64,000 nucleotides of DNA, taken from NCBI GenBank assembly GCA_964106915.2, contig OZ066920.1; one strand, written 5' to 3'. The notes under the pieces were generated by a model. That model saw only the letters and a list, made by a program, of their open reading frames with translations. It had not been told where the DNA came from and made no database searches. Position numbers and translations under genes: made by a program. Shown piece by piece: positions 25,895-38,572 of this stretch; position 1 is the first letter of the stretch; each line of letters begins with the position of its first letter. This stretch comes from Podarcis gaigeae (taxonomy: Eukaryota).

Positions 25895-25998
25895 ACCCGA
25901 AAACCTCGCAGGTTTGATGGTGAACTTCCTGATATCTCATTATCCGATCTGCAATTTTTGCAGTCCTTTTGTCCTTCAGAAGTCCAACCATTACTCAG
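25895..25998 (+). CDS. RB1CC1: RB1CC1 exon 13 (TRKPRRFDGELPDIS...QPLL)
   Basis: ACAG acceptor, GTAAAA donor, 104 nt. Confidence 0.95.
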
Positions 25999-26535
25999 GT
26001 AAAATGAGTTCCTAAGCATGTGGGCAAGCCGAAAATAGATTGGGATCTACTGCTAGATCTCTGGGCATTTTGTAGTAGATTGGCAGTGGTTCCCATAACA
26101 ATAAACTAGTAAAATTATAGTAAGGTGGCTCAGAGAAAAAAAATATATCTGCCATAGCTAGCCTTGCTTTATAGTATTCATTTATTTCCTTTGGCCAGGT
26201 ATTTGTATGGTTTGGTGACCTAGTTTTAGAGGCTATGTATTAGAATCTCTGATCTTTAGCAATTAGGGTTCAAACTGAACACTTTTGTGGCAGCAGGACT
26301 TTTCATGATAGCACAGGATTGCCCTCCTTTGAATAACTGGTAAGACAGAGACAGTTGTGAACTTTTAAACATCTTTAAAATGTCTGCCCAGGCTTTCAGG
26401 ACTCTTGGCTCTTGATTTTTATGTTTATTTTTGTTTTGTGCATGGTTTGGTTTTATCTGTGATAATACAGTTGTGTTTTGTCATTTTTAACTTAGAGTTT
26501 GGAAATTTTGTTGAATATTGTGTTGTTTTATGTAA

Positions 26536-26636
26536 ATCATAGAATCATAGAACTGTAGAATTGGAAGGGATCACGAGGGTCATCTAGTCCAAACCCCTTG
26601 CAATGTTTGCCCAACGTGGGACTCAAACCCACGACC
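26536..26636 (-). mobile_element. Truncated tRNA-Lys/CR1-tail SINE
   Basis: (ATCATAGA)2 tail, CR1-like body, then GCCCAACGTGGGACTCAAACCCACGACC, the reverse complement of a tRNA-Lys 3' half. Confidence 0.78.
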
Positions 26637-26774
26637 GCTAAACTACTTAAAGATTTTGAATATGCTAAGTGGTATATTTTTATATATAAATAAATATTCT
26701 TAAACGCAGTTTACATTTGTAATCTGGTAATATCTGTTTAATGTAATCTGTGTTAATTACTCTGTATTTTTAAG

Positions 26775-26901
26775 GGTTCCTATACTTTGTGATTTCGAAC
26801 CTCTCCACCAGCATGTACTTGCTCTACATAATCTGGTCAAAGCAGCACAAAGTTTGGATGAAATGTCACAGACCATTACAGATCTGCTGAATGAACAAAA
26901 G
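26775..26901 (+). CDS. RB1CC1: RB1CC1 exon 14 (VPILCDFEPLHQHVLALHNLVKAAQSLDEMSQTITDLLNEQK)
   Basis: TTAAG acceptor, GTACCA donor, 127 nt. Confidence 0.95.
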
Positions 26902-28970
26902 GTACCATTGTATTATATGTGTGACTTTATATATGGGTAGATTGTTGAATACCAATCCTAAACACAATTACTTAGAAATTAACTAAGTTGTGAAGTGAAT
27001 CGGTGAGGAATATTTCTGAGAAATGTATTTTGTGAACAAGAACAAAAAAAAATTGCTTCTCAGTTCTTCAGCCTTTCCTGAGAGTACTCAACTTTCAGTA
27101 GATGTTTCTTGTGGAGTGTATCTTCTCTCTACAAGAAGGCAAACTGCCTGCAGTTGGCAGCTTATTGTCCATACTTTATATAATATCGCAATCAACTGCC
27201 CTAAAATTTTTGATTGAAAAACTAGGAGGGTTCGATCCTTTGAATCTTGGCATTTTGCCAAACAACAGACCTTTTTAAATGCTTTCCTATTTTTTTGTAA
27301 AGTTAACACAACTTATTGGACATACTGGAACAGTCAGCTAAAAGTTGCTTTCCCTAACCTCCAAAGATATTTTGTGGTGCTTAAATGTTGGGTTTCTGAA
27401 ATACCTAGGACCTCTTATTCACAACATTTATTTGAAGTAACATACTTAATCACAAAACGTTTCAGGTTTAAACATAGTTAAGTGTCAGTTATGTATTTCT
27501 GAAAGCATCTGTTGCAAATCCGTGAGCTTGTCACCTCATCAGGGGTCCGTCCTTTGATTGTTTATTACACCACCCTTCTTAGAAAGGTAACATATGGAGA
27601 GACTTAAATCAAGGAGAAAATTTGTAAAATATTTATCTTGGTGTTCTTTTTCAGTGCATTGTTATAGGGGCTGCTTCTGTTCATATTTCTGCTTCTCAGG
27701 ATATTTTTTTTCTTGGGAATTTACTATTGATATTAATTGGAAAGCATTTTGCTACAAGTCTAAATTAGGCTTGCATGGCTAATACTGGAAATATTTTTCT
27801 TTAAAATACTAATTGAATGGAAAGAAAATGTGATACTGAAGCAGAATCCACTAGTTATAGTGTGCTTTTTCTGAACTCCGTCTTTGCACCTTGTTTTGTC
27901 AACACAGCATAAAAGCTGAATAAACAATTAATTTAAGAAGATACAGCTTGAAAGAAACTAAGGTAGAAATTACAGAGAGTGATCATGGCTAGATTTCATT
28001 CATATCTTTGTGTTATGTGATTCACTTATTAAATAAAATTGTACTTCCATAAATGCATGTAAACGGGCAAATCCCAGTAATTCAGAGTAATGTAATTTAC
28101 CATCTGACAAGTATTTCAGGACCTCTATCATACACTATGTAGCAAACTGGTTATAATTAATGTTCTAGCACAGGAGCAGGCAACCTTTGTTGTGGGTTGC
28201 ATGCTGGTGGTTGATAGAGCCAGAGACAAAAATGTTCTAAATTAACTGATTCAGAATAAAGGCCGCCCTGCCACAAATAGCATTATGGCTACATCAGATT
28301 AGAATTCCTAGTCTTCTACAAGTCTACTCAGAAGTAAACCTCACTGGTTTTGATGTTAGTTCTCAATACATATAAAAGCATTTGTTTTTAGTACAACAAG
28401 CATATAGTTTCCAGGCCCTTTTTAGAAAGGAAGTAAAAATAATTCCCATTTTACTTCGGCATACTATGCACACACATATACGCAGAACTAGAGCATAAGC
28501 ATACCAATTTATTTTTGGACAGCTTGGAAGGGGGGTTATTTTCTCCAAAGCATGCAAGCAGGAAAAAAAGTTGTTTAGAAATTCCTTTATGTTTTATCAG
28601 ATAAAATACTGTCCATTTCAAATATTCTGAAATGATATAAAAGTGGAGGGGGGGAGAGAGAAATTAAACTAGGAACAAATGAATGAAACAGAATGAAAGG
28701 AACTCTGATGGGATGCAAGAATGAGGCAGCTTCAGAAGATGCATCAAATGAGATTGGGGTACGGATTTGCTGGTGTGCCCTGGATTAACCATGGTTTTAC
28801 TTTCTGCTACCTATAGCTGCCAGTACGATGTCATATGGTTTTATGAATTCCTCCTCCTCTAATGTGAAATCCTGCCACATGTATGGAGCCCACTCGAGGC
28901 CTGTCTTAGGAATTGTTTATGTTTATGGAATGATAGTATTTTAACTCTGGCCTGTGTTTTATACTTTTAG

Positions 28971-30877
28971 GCTTCCAACAGTCAAGCCTCACCACAGTCT
29001 GTCACTACACCAAGGATGGAAAGTACAACAATTGCTACCTCTCCTAGAACTCCTCCACCACTCAGTCTTCACGGTCCTTTGTGCCCTCCTGTGTGCCCCC
29101 CAGGTCCTTTAGAAGAATTGTCTCCAGACAGTATTGATGCTCATACATTTGATTTTGAAACGATTGCCCATCCAAGCATTGAACAAGCCCTTAAGCAAGG
29201 GTCATTAGACTTGGACTCACTGGCAGAAAGTCCAGAATCTGATTTTATGTCAGCTGTTAATGAGTTCATAATAGAAGAAAACCTAACGTCACCGAATGTG
29301 ATAAGTGATCCTCAAAGTCCAGAAATGATGGTGGAATCTCTCTATTCCTCAGTCATTAATGCAATTGACAGCAGGCGGATGCAAGACACAAATATATGTG
29401 CAAAAGCGGAAGCTTTAGAAAATTCTGCTATAAATGTTTATATGGAAAAATGTAGAGATGTTGCCGAGGAATCTCGGTTAAATTTAATAAACATAAAAGA
29501 AGACCTTTGTCATTTTAGAACATTTGTAGAAAAAGAACAATGTGACCTTTCCAGTTCTTTAAAATGTACTTCAATAGAAATAAAGAATATTATAGAAAAA
29601 GTAAAATTTTCTCTTGAAAAAACGCTAAAAGATAAACACCAGAAAGAGCTGCAATTGATAAAAACGGAATATGAAAGCAAAATGAATACTTTAGTTGAAG
29701 ATGGTGAAGAGAACAAAAAAAAGATCACAAAATTAAAAGGTGACTTAAAAGGTCTTGAAGATGTTTTGCATGATAAAGATAATGAATTTGCAATAGTAAA
29801 GAATGAAAAGGAAGCAGTTGTGTTTTTACAAAATGAAAAGGAGCAAAAATTGCTTGAATTGGAAAGTCAAATGAAGAATCAGAGTTGTGAAATTAAAGAA
29901 CTAAGAGAGTCACGTGAAAGGGTGATGGAGAGTTTGAAAAAACTTCATACTGAAAACGATGAAAAAATGCAGCTTCTGAGAGCAGAACTTCAGACTTTGG
30001 AGCAAGATCACTTAAAGGAACTGGAATCCAATCTACAGGAAAGACATACACAAGAATTTGATGAACTAATGGCTAAACACAATGATTGCTTAGAGGAGTT
30101 GAAAAAGGAGAATAAACTCCGACTTGAACAAATGCAAGAAACTCATGCTGCAAATGTCCATGAGAAAGAACAACAGATTGAGGAATTAAAGGTCAAGGTT
30201 TCTGAACTGTCTGACTTAAGATGCAAATTAGAGGTTGAACTTGCACTGAAAGAGGCAGAAACAGATGAAATGAAAATACTTTTAGAAGAAAACAAAACTC
30301 AACAGCAAGATAATCTAAAAAGTCTTATTGACAAGGAAACTGAAACGTTAAAAAAACAGATTGATAATTTGAACCATGTAATACAAATTAATAATGATGA
30401 ATATCAGGTGGGTCTAGCAGAGCTAAGAACTTTAATGACAATTGAGAAAGATCAGTGCATTTCAGAATTAATTGATAGGCATGAAGAAGAAACAAATTTG
30501 CTTAGAACTGAATTAAGTAAAGTAACTTCTTTGCACCAACAAGCTCTTGAAGCAGAAAAAAGATTGGAAGAACAAATAACAGAGTTGCAAGGTAAGCTAG
30601 AATTGGAAGTCAGTGCCCTAGAAAAGCAAAAAGAAGAAAATTTGGTATTGTGTGAACAGCAAAAGAAATATGAAGCCACTATCAGTAAGTTTGCAGAAGA
30701 AAAAGAGCTACTATTAACTAACCATGAACAGGACAGGAAACTGCTTGTTCAAAAGCTCAACTGTGAAAAAGAAGATGCAGTCCGAAATGCCCTTAAAGAA
30801 TTTGAATTGCAAAGGGAAGCTGTTGAAAAAGAACTTTTGGGGAAAATCCAGCAACTAGAGATGCAAGTTAATCAGAG
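28971..30877 (+). CDS. RB1CC1: RB1CC1 exon 15: 1907-nt exon encoding the S/P-rich linker, the LIR-type FDFETI motif (29148-29165) and the long coiled coil
   Basis: 625-aa ORF; TTTTAG acceptor, AG|GTACTG donor; E/K/L/Q-rich heptads. Confidence 0.97.
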
Positions 30878-33800
30878 GTACTGTATGAATTAAGTTGCCC
30901 TCTAATGCTTGAAATAAAATAAACCAACAGTGCTTAATATAATTTGTAGTCAGTTGAGTAAGTGCAGTCTCAAACTATAGAAGGTTTTCTCTATTCTTGG
31001 ATTAATGGTTCCTGCTCTTGCTCAGATGCATCTTGTCTCCTTAGATATGTTTATCCTTTCCCCTCGTTCAAACCAGTCCCTAATTCCATCATTACATGAC
31101 TTATGCTCAGGAGCACGCAGTTCTTTTTCTATTGAACTTCTGTATTCAAGCTAATAAGTATACATTGTGATTCCAAAAATGCTGAGCTTTTCTGCTTCTT
31201 TTTAGATAGTTCAGGCTCCTGAGTTGAGGACTTCATTCAAACCTCCTTTTCACATCTTTCTGTTGGGTGTAGATTTTTTCTTTTTCTTTTTCAACTTCCA
31301 ATGGATAGGTGGACCTAAATCAATCAATCACCCCATGAAATTGGTGTCCCTATGTTAAACACAAGCTGTGTGTAAGAAAGAATTTAAAAATTACCTTTCC
31401 CCTAGGGTGAAAAGTTGTTGGATAAGAGAAGCACCTTCACACAATCTTGCAGCATTAATCAAGCTCAATGTGCATTATTTTAAAACTGTCACATCTAAAT
31501 TCAAAATTCTTTTTGATTGATAGGGCAGAATCCCTCATTTTTCTAGTAAAGGAATTCTCCCCATAGTGAAAGGGAACCTTTGGATCCAGCTCATAATGTT
31601 TATTGATCATGAAGGGGAGTTTGCACTGAATGCCAGATGGAAGTGATACATCTGTCCAAGCTGAGCAGACTGAATTCCTTAAATGATGGAAGAATAATTC
31701 TGTTTTTTTAAGATCAGTCATTGACAGCATAAAGTGATATTCATAACAATGTTTCTGGCTGCGCACAAATAGCTTTAAGAGTCACTGAGTTTTATGAATT
31801 GAGATTCTGGCTTTTTAAAATTTGATTTTAATGGGAAAGCAGCATGGGGGAATTTTTAAAAATCAGTCTGGCAGTTTATCAGGGACAAAATACTACACAA
31901 AAGTGCTCTTAAAATATAACTATAGGGCTGCTTAAAAACCATGGCACTTGTTTTTGTTCCTATTCACAGGACTCATTTATTCCCTAGATATCTTTTAGGA
32001 ATTAGGTTTTTTAAAAAAGATTTTGAAGCTGCCCTATCCAAGAGTGAAATTGAACTTTTGATTTATGGATGGAATTTGAACACTCCACATAGGCCTGTTT
32101 CTCCCTCTCCACCCCTCTTGTTACCCATAAAAGGAGACCAAAAACTTCTGGTTTAAATTTAAACAGTATCTTCGGAACTCTTAAGAACTGTAATTTGTTT
32201 TAAACTTTGGTTAATGAAAATAAGCGAAGGTTAAACTGTGGCTTCTCAAGCTGTCATTTAAGCAAACTACCTTTATATGAGTTTGGATGTCACAGGGAAC
32301 CACTGTTATTTTAAAATGGAAAATTGTAGGGAGAGGAGAGTGTAGAAGCCCAAGCCTCAGTACAGTCCATTTTTCAGCAACAAGCTGTGGTTTCTCGTTA
32401 CTTCTAACAGAGCCATACAGTGAACTGTTCCTGAAGGGTTGCCATGTTAGTCAGATGGCGGACTCTGGTTCATGAAAACGAATACAACAGCAATATTAAT
32501 AGTCTTTAAAGTGGCACAAAAATACGTTTGTTTACCTAAGCACAGTTCTAAGTACTGAACAGTGTTAAAATTGGAACATAAGATTCTAAGAACGTTCATA
32601 GTGTGCATAATTTGCATTCAAGGAACCCAATAACAGTCTTTTCCAGAATTAGATACCTGTTTACCAAAAATACTTCAGGCTTCATTTCCTACCTTTTGAA
32701 GCATATAGTAGCAAAATAATAGTGGTAACTGTTTCAGCTTTTCTATAAGTAAAGTGATTAGTGGAGCAGCTGATATTTTATTTCTGGGAGGCCTGAAGTG
32801 ACTTTACGAAGATCACTGGACACCACAATGTCACAACCAAAACAAAACCCAGATATTTGAAAAACTTAAGATGCTGCTGAAAATCTGGCAAATGTATTCA
32901 CTTCTACAGTTCAGAAGTAGCCTGAAGTAAAATTATGTTCTAAACAGGTTCTTTGTACATATGACCTATGTTCTTTTCCTCAAATGAAATACCATGGGCC
33001 ATCTTCAAATGTGATGTGATATCGAGCTAAGTATTTATGCTTGTTATAATGACTAATTTTCAGTAGTGAAGATACGTTGTTAAAAATTATGCAGTCTAAT
33101 GATGTCCTATATTTATTTTATGGCTGTTATGCCCTTTGTGATGTATATAAATTAGACATTTATGCTCATGCATTGAATACATGCAGTGCTCATGCCTGAA
33201 GCGGCATTCCTCAGGAAATTTGAAAGCACTGTGTACAATTGCTTACTTGCAACTGAAAGAGCTCTTCTGTTGTCCGCTTCATTAGATAGCATATAGAAGA
33301 GCAATTACATATATGTCTGTAAGTAGTAATCAGGCTTGTTAAAGTTGATTACCTAGGGTGTGGGGATGTTGAGGGTCTAAATCCAGGCATGCTGATCTTC
33401 CAGCACGTGATCACTAGTAGCATGGTTATTATGTGGGCCGGGGGCGGGGGGTGGCGGCAGTGAAAGAAGGAGAAGAAGAAACAGAAGTGTATGCATAGGT
33501 GTGTGTTTTTCCAGCCAAGTTTCTCTGGACAGAAGAAGTTGCTTGCAATGAGTAAAAACATGGGCTACAAATCCAAGAAGCTGTTTTGGCTCATACAAGG
33601 GGCTTCTACTAGCTTAGTGGAAAACTCAACTGTTTTTTTCTTTAAACAGATGACCCACACAGCCGAATGCGATACCACCGACTGCTTTTCAGTTTTTTAT
33701 TAATGGGGGAATAGAGAGAAGGGCTTTGGAGGAAAATATTAATGAGTGAACATGTTCACATGCGATCAGGCTATTCCTCAGACTACAAGCCGTGTGTGGC

Positions 33801-36800
33801 TTTATAGGTTAAGTCAGCATTGTTGTGGTTTTTTTAAATTGAGCTAGGGAAACTAGTTTAAACCAAAGAAATCTATTCTTCTCAATGGTCTTGGTGATCT
33901 ATTTTGGAATAGTTGAGATCCTCCAAGTAGTCTTCAGAGGCAGCCACATGTACAACACCTTGTAGTTTACACACTGGATGATATTAGAGCTTGAATTACC
34001 CAGTCTTTGTCCACCAATGACTCCTGCCACTCACAACACTAGTGATGTGGGGTGGGTATTTTTCCATGGCAAAAAATGCCTGTTTTGTAAGTTGCTTATT
34101 AACAATGAATTGATGCCAATTGAAAATAAATATTAGACAAGCTTGGCAGTTTCATTTTTTAGCTTTGTTTATGAAATACAAAAAAAAAAACCAACCCACA
34201 CATCCACCAATGCAAAATTAGATCATATACCTAGGGCATACTTTGTTTTTTAAAATGCAGATTACCCTAATTTTCATAGAAAATCTTACAATTCAGTGGT
34301 ATCTGGACAACCCACAAAACTGTGCAGCAGCCTCAGGTACTTTGTACCACAGATGTCACAGGCTGTTAAGTAGGTGGCAGATCTTACAGCACTCCAAAGC
34401 TACAAAATGTGCCGTAAGGAAAAGTGTAACCCAGTCCAGCACAGGTGGGCAATGTATTCTACTCCAAAGAAAATCTCACAGGCTTCCATCCACCCCACCC
34501 AACTCGTATGGACCCTGCACTCACAACCTTGACATTATTAGCCCAACAACTCTGACCTACTCAGCTAGCTAGACTTTGACTTCCTCCATCTCCACTCAAA
34601 GTATTTTCTTCCATGAGTCAATAGTTTGTTCAACATGAATAATGAAAAGTAAGTCTAAGGTAGCTTTATTAATGATCAACTACTTAGTTGTTTTCAAGGT
34701 TCTTTAGCTAATACTTTATATGTACTTTATGTTGGTTTTGGTATGGATTTAAGTTTTTTCTGTTGACAATGTAAGTCTTTTTGGCCGTGTAAATTAAAGT
34801 ATTATGGGTTAATGAAGTAAAGCTTTTTTAAAACCACAGCAGCAGCAACAACAACAAACTAGCAATCCAAAACATTATCTACTCAAAACTGTTACATGCA
34901 GGTCAAGTCAGACATAATGATTTTCTTTGTCAGCCTGCATTTTTCTCTTTGTGTGGAACTTTTCACATAGTGCAGTCTGGGCCATGGACTGCCACAGGAA
35001 CTTTCTTCAGTGATCTTGTTAGTAGTTGAGCCAGCTTTTCCATCTAGGGTGAAATTTTATGCAGTCATCCTCTGTATAGACACAAAGTGGTGGTTGGCGG
35101 GGGGGGGGAGGGGGAGATATGAAAATGTCTTGTTCTCCCTGCACATGGGCAACCCCATGCCTTTTAATCAGCAAAGAGCGAGTTCAGAGTCAGGGGGATA
35201 GGATAGATGCAAGGGAGATTTTATTTTATATAAATCTGTATATATCTATATTCTCTTTTACTCGGGGGGGGGGGGAGATAACTCTCTGTTCTTCGGCTGC
35301 ATTCCAAGAGTACACAACTTTAGACCACTTGATGCAGGAGTAATCTGGGGTGCTTGCTAGGGATAAAGGCAACCCAAAGCTTTTGGGGCATGGTTGAGTG
35401 GATCCAGTGCCCCCATGGCAAAGATCCTTGAGTATCTGTCTGCTCACCACTCCTCTTGGCCAGAGGAAAAGATTATTTGTCCTATCCACAAGGATGTGCA
35501 CCAACAAGATCAGGGACTAACATCACCAGGAAACCCTTGGAATACTTTGTTTAGAAGGTTAAAGCATTGTACTCTGTAGAAATAGTCCAAGGCTGTTGTT
35601 GGGGACAAATAGAGCAAGAAGAGAAGAAGCCAGGCTCAGGCAACTGTTCAGGTAAAGACTAACCTATCTGAGCATACGTATATATAGTTGGGTGCAGGAA
35701 TGCCTAGAGGAGGAGGGACAGGTGGGAATGTGGTGGGACAATACAGCTTCCAGTTTCTCTCATGTCTGCAACTGGGTGTGCTAAGCACTAGAAGCAAACA
35801 GTGGTGAGCCATTGTTTGGTTAGAGAGTAAGATTAGGACTGAAAGGAGGCCGGTTCCAAGATCACTGGCAGATCTTGAGTCCGTCTGACATACCTTCACA
35901 GAGTTGTTATGAGGACGGAAAGGAACTATGCATGCTGGACGAAGGGCAGGGTTTATTTTTAACCAGGATTCCTCGTTTGAATATAACGCTAGGCTGAGGT
36001 TCTTTGAAAGTAACCTTGGCAGAAGTCCTGGAATTAGGAGAAAGGGGAGGCACATGGATTTTGTTTCTTATCTGGAAATAAACACAGAGCTGCAGCCTTA
36101 TTTTGTAGATTATAGAACTTGGGTTTTTTTAAATCGAGCTTTATTATATTCTCAGGGGATTGTGGAAGGGATTCATTGGTACCAAAGTTTTAAAAGCAAA
36201 AATAATACATTTTCAGTTGTTGGGGATCAAGCCAGTTTGTGAGGCATGGCTACATCAAGACATAATGTGCTTAGTGCCAAGTTCTTTTATCATATTTAAA
36301 ATTCTAAATGTAATTTTCATGAGTTGAGTTTGTTGAATTACATGGGAATTGTGTAATACCGGACTGAAGTGTTTCCACACTATCATCTCAGTAAGCTGAG
36401 AGTTTTTACTGTGTAATTGAAATGACTTGCTTAATACGTTGCTTTAAAAGTAGAATAATTTAGCTGTCTTAACATATGAGAAATGAATCTTGGAGAATAT
36501 TCAAGAAAGACAGTATTAGAAGCAGATCCATTTCTTACAGAGTTTTTCTCATCTCTTTATTAAAACAAGAATATACATTGTGCTTCCTATGTGGCATGTC
36601 AAGACCACTGTATAACGTGTCTGTAGCTGGATTATTTTGCATTTGAATAATGCTGGTGGTGTACCTGATTCACAAAGGCTCCCCTGCCTGCTATTGTAGT
36701 AGGATATATTTAGACAACTATTAACTCTTGAATTTCTCTGACTTTAGAGCAGCAAATTGCTCAATAGTGAATTCCATCTTTGCAATCCCATTATACTGTA

Positions 36801-37170
36801 ATATAGGGATTAATGCAAGTTTAGATCAAAACTAAATTTATTGTTCCTCCTATAACCAAGATTTAGTTTCATTTTTAGATGTTATTTTTTTAGTCTCCTA
36901 TCTTTCCATGAACACACCGATTATTTGCACAACATCTGAACTTTCTCCTGCAAAGTCAAGCAAAAGAAGGTGAACACACCGTGCGCTAAGAATCTTGCTT
37001 CTTTTTCATACATTTATCAGGAATGTTTCCCCTTGACTAGTCAGAATTTTGAATTTCTTAGCCAGGGAAACACCAGATAAAGTGATATTGAGGTTTAAGG
37101 TTTCCCTTTGTAGTTTGTTCGTACTATCCTGGGCTGGTCATTTAAATTTTCAATGTTTTCCTTTTCCTAG

Positions 37171-37324
37171 TTCGGTTGAATCATCTGCATCAAGCTTAGT
37201 AGCAGAACTTCAAGAAAAACTTCAGGAAGAAAAAGTGAAGTTTTTGGAGCAGCTTGAAGAACATGAGAAAAGAAAAAATGAGGAAATGCAAAACATTCGG
37301 ACATCACTCACTGCAGAACAGCAG
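37171..37324 (+). CDS. RB1CC1: RB1CC1 exon 16 (SVESSASSLVAELQEKLQEEK...TAEQQ)
   Basis: TTCCTAG acceptor, GTAGAC donor, 154 nt, phase fits. Confidence 0.93.
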
Positions 37325-38126
37325 GTAGACGAGGCTGTTTCAAGATTTCAGATTAGATACACTTCTGAGGATGCTTTAAAGTAACTGGGAGCTCATTTGT
37401 TTTTCACAGCCTTCTTAGAAATTCTCATTCCTCAGAATTCCAGGATCTTTTGATTGTTTCCTTATGCCTTTAGCTTGCAAAGAGATTATTGCCTAGCATT
37501 TCAGACTAGTACTGGTTTTCTGACATGTCACATGCAGCCACTGCTTGTTCTTATACAATCCCTGTTCATTTGAGTGGAGTTTTCACTGGGGTTCCAAACA
37601 ACTTCTATTGCATGATTGGCAATTTTGCCACTACATCTGAAAGATGCTGGCACAAGGAGACATGAGCAGCTTGGAGAACATCAAAATTGGATGCATTCTG
37701 GGCTTATGCTTCTAAAAAGTAAAATCAATCAATCACTATTATTATTTCCAAAAAGCATTTTTACCCTGCTTAGTCAAAGAAGGCTCACAAAGCAGCTTAC
37801 AAATTTTGACAGTCCCTGCAGGCTCACAGTTTTAATGAGGTATAGCACAAAAAAGAAAAGGAACGGGGAAGGAGGTGGGGAAAGCAAGCTGGAACTGAAA
37901 GATACGAAGAAGCAGAGCCAAAAGTTCCCAGTCTTTCAGTCTTACCTCTCTCCCTCTCCTGTACCTGATGGAATGGCTTCTGATAGATGGCTGCTGAGGG
38001 AGGAGGCCAAAGCTGGTACGTTGTAGCCTCTTCAGAGATTGAAAAGTTACAGTACCTATTTATTTTTTTCATGTCATGTATATGTACATTGTATTGCTTA
38101 AAATAATGCTGATTCTGTATTTTCAG

Positions 38127-38235
38127 ACGACGTTTAACACTGTTCTAACAAGAGAAAAAATGAAAAAGGAGAACATAATAAATGATCTTAGTGACAAATT
38201 AAAAGCAATAATACAGCAGCAAGAAAGGGATAAGG
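38127..38235 (+). CDS. RB1CC1: RB1CC1 exon 17 (TTFNTVLTREKMKKENII...QERDK)
   Basis: TTTCAG acceptor, GTAAGC donor, 109 nt. Confidence 0.95.
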
Positions 38236-38331
38236 GTAAGCAAATGTTTTGTACGTGTAGTTTGAATCCAATTAATTGCTCTGCAGAATATCAGAATGTT
38301 GAATATTACTTGTTGGCTGCCTTTTGCTCAG

Positions 38332-38572
38332 ATCTGATTGAAAGTCTTTCTGAAGACCGAGCCTGTTTACTCGAAGAGAAGAAGAAACTTGAAGAAGAGG
38401 TTAATAAGCTGAGAAGTAGCAATTTTGTTCCACCAGCCTGTTTACCTCCTCCTTCAGAACCTCCCGGAGCTTGTGCAGCTGATTTTACAGCAGAAACTGA
38501 GCGATTAACGTCAGATACCACAGAAGAAGGAAAAATGGATTCCACGCTGGAAACAAGCATGATGGCTGTAAA
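38332..38572 (+). CDS. RB1CC1: RB1CC1 exon 18 (LIESLSEDRACLLEEKKKLEEEV...ETSMMAV)
   Basis: GCTCAG acceptor, GTTAGT donor, 241 nt. Confidence 0.93.

Noticed and set aside
29510-30679. Minus-strand ORFs inside exon 15 (similar ones inside exons 7 and 18)
   Set aside because: Antisense shadows of the E/K/L-rich coding strand.
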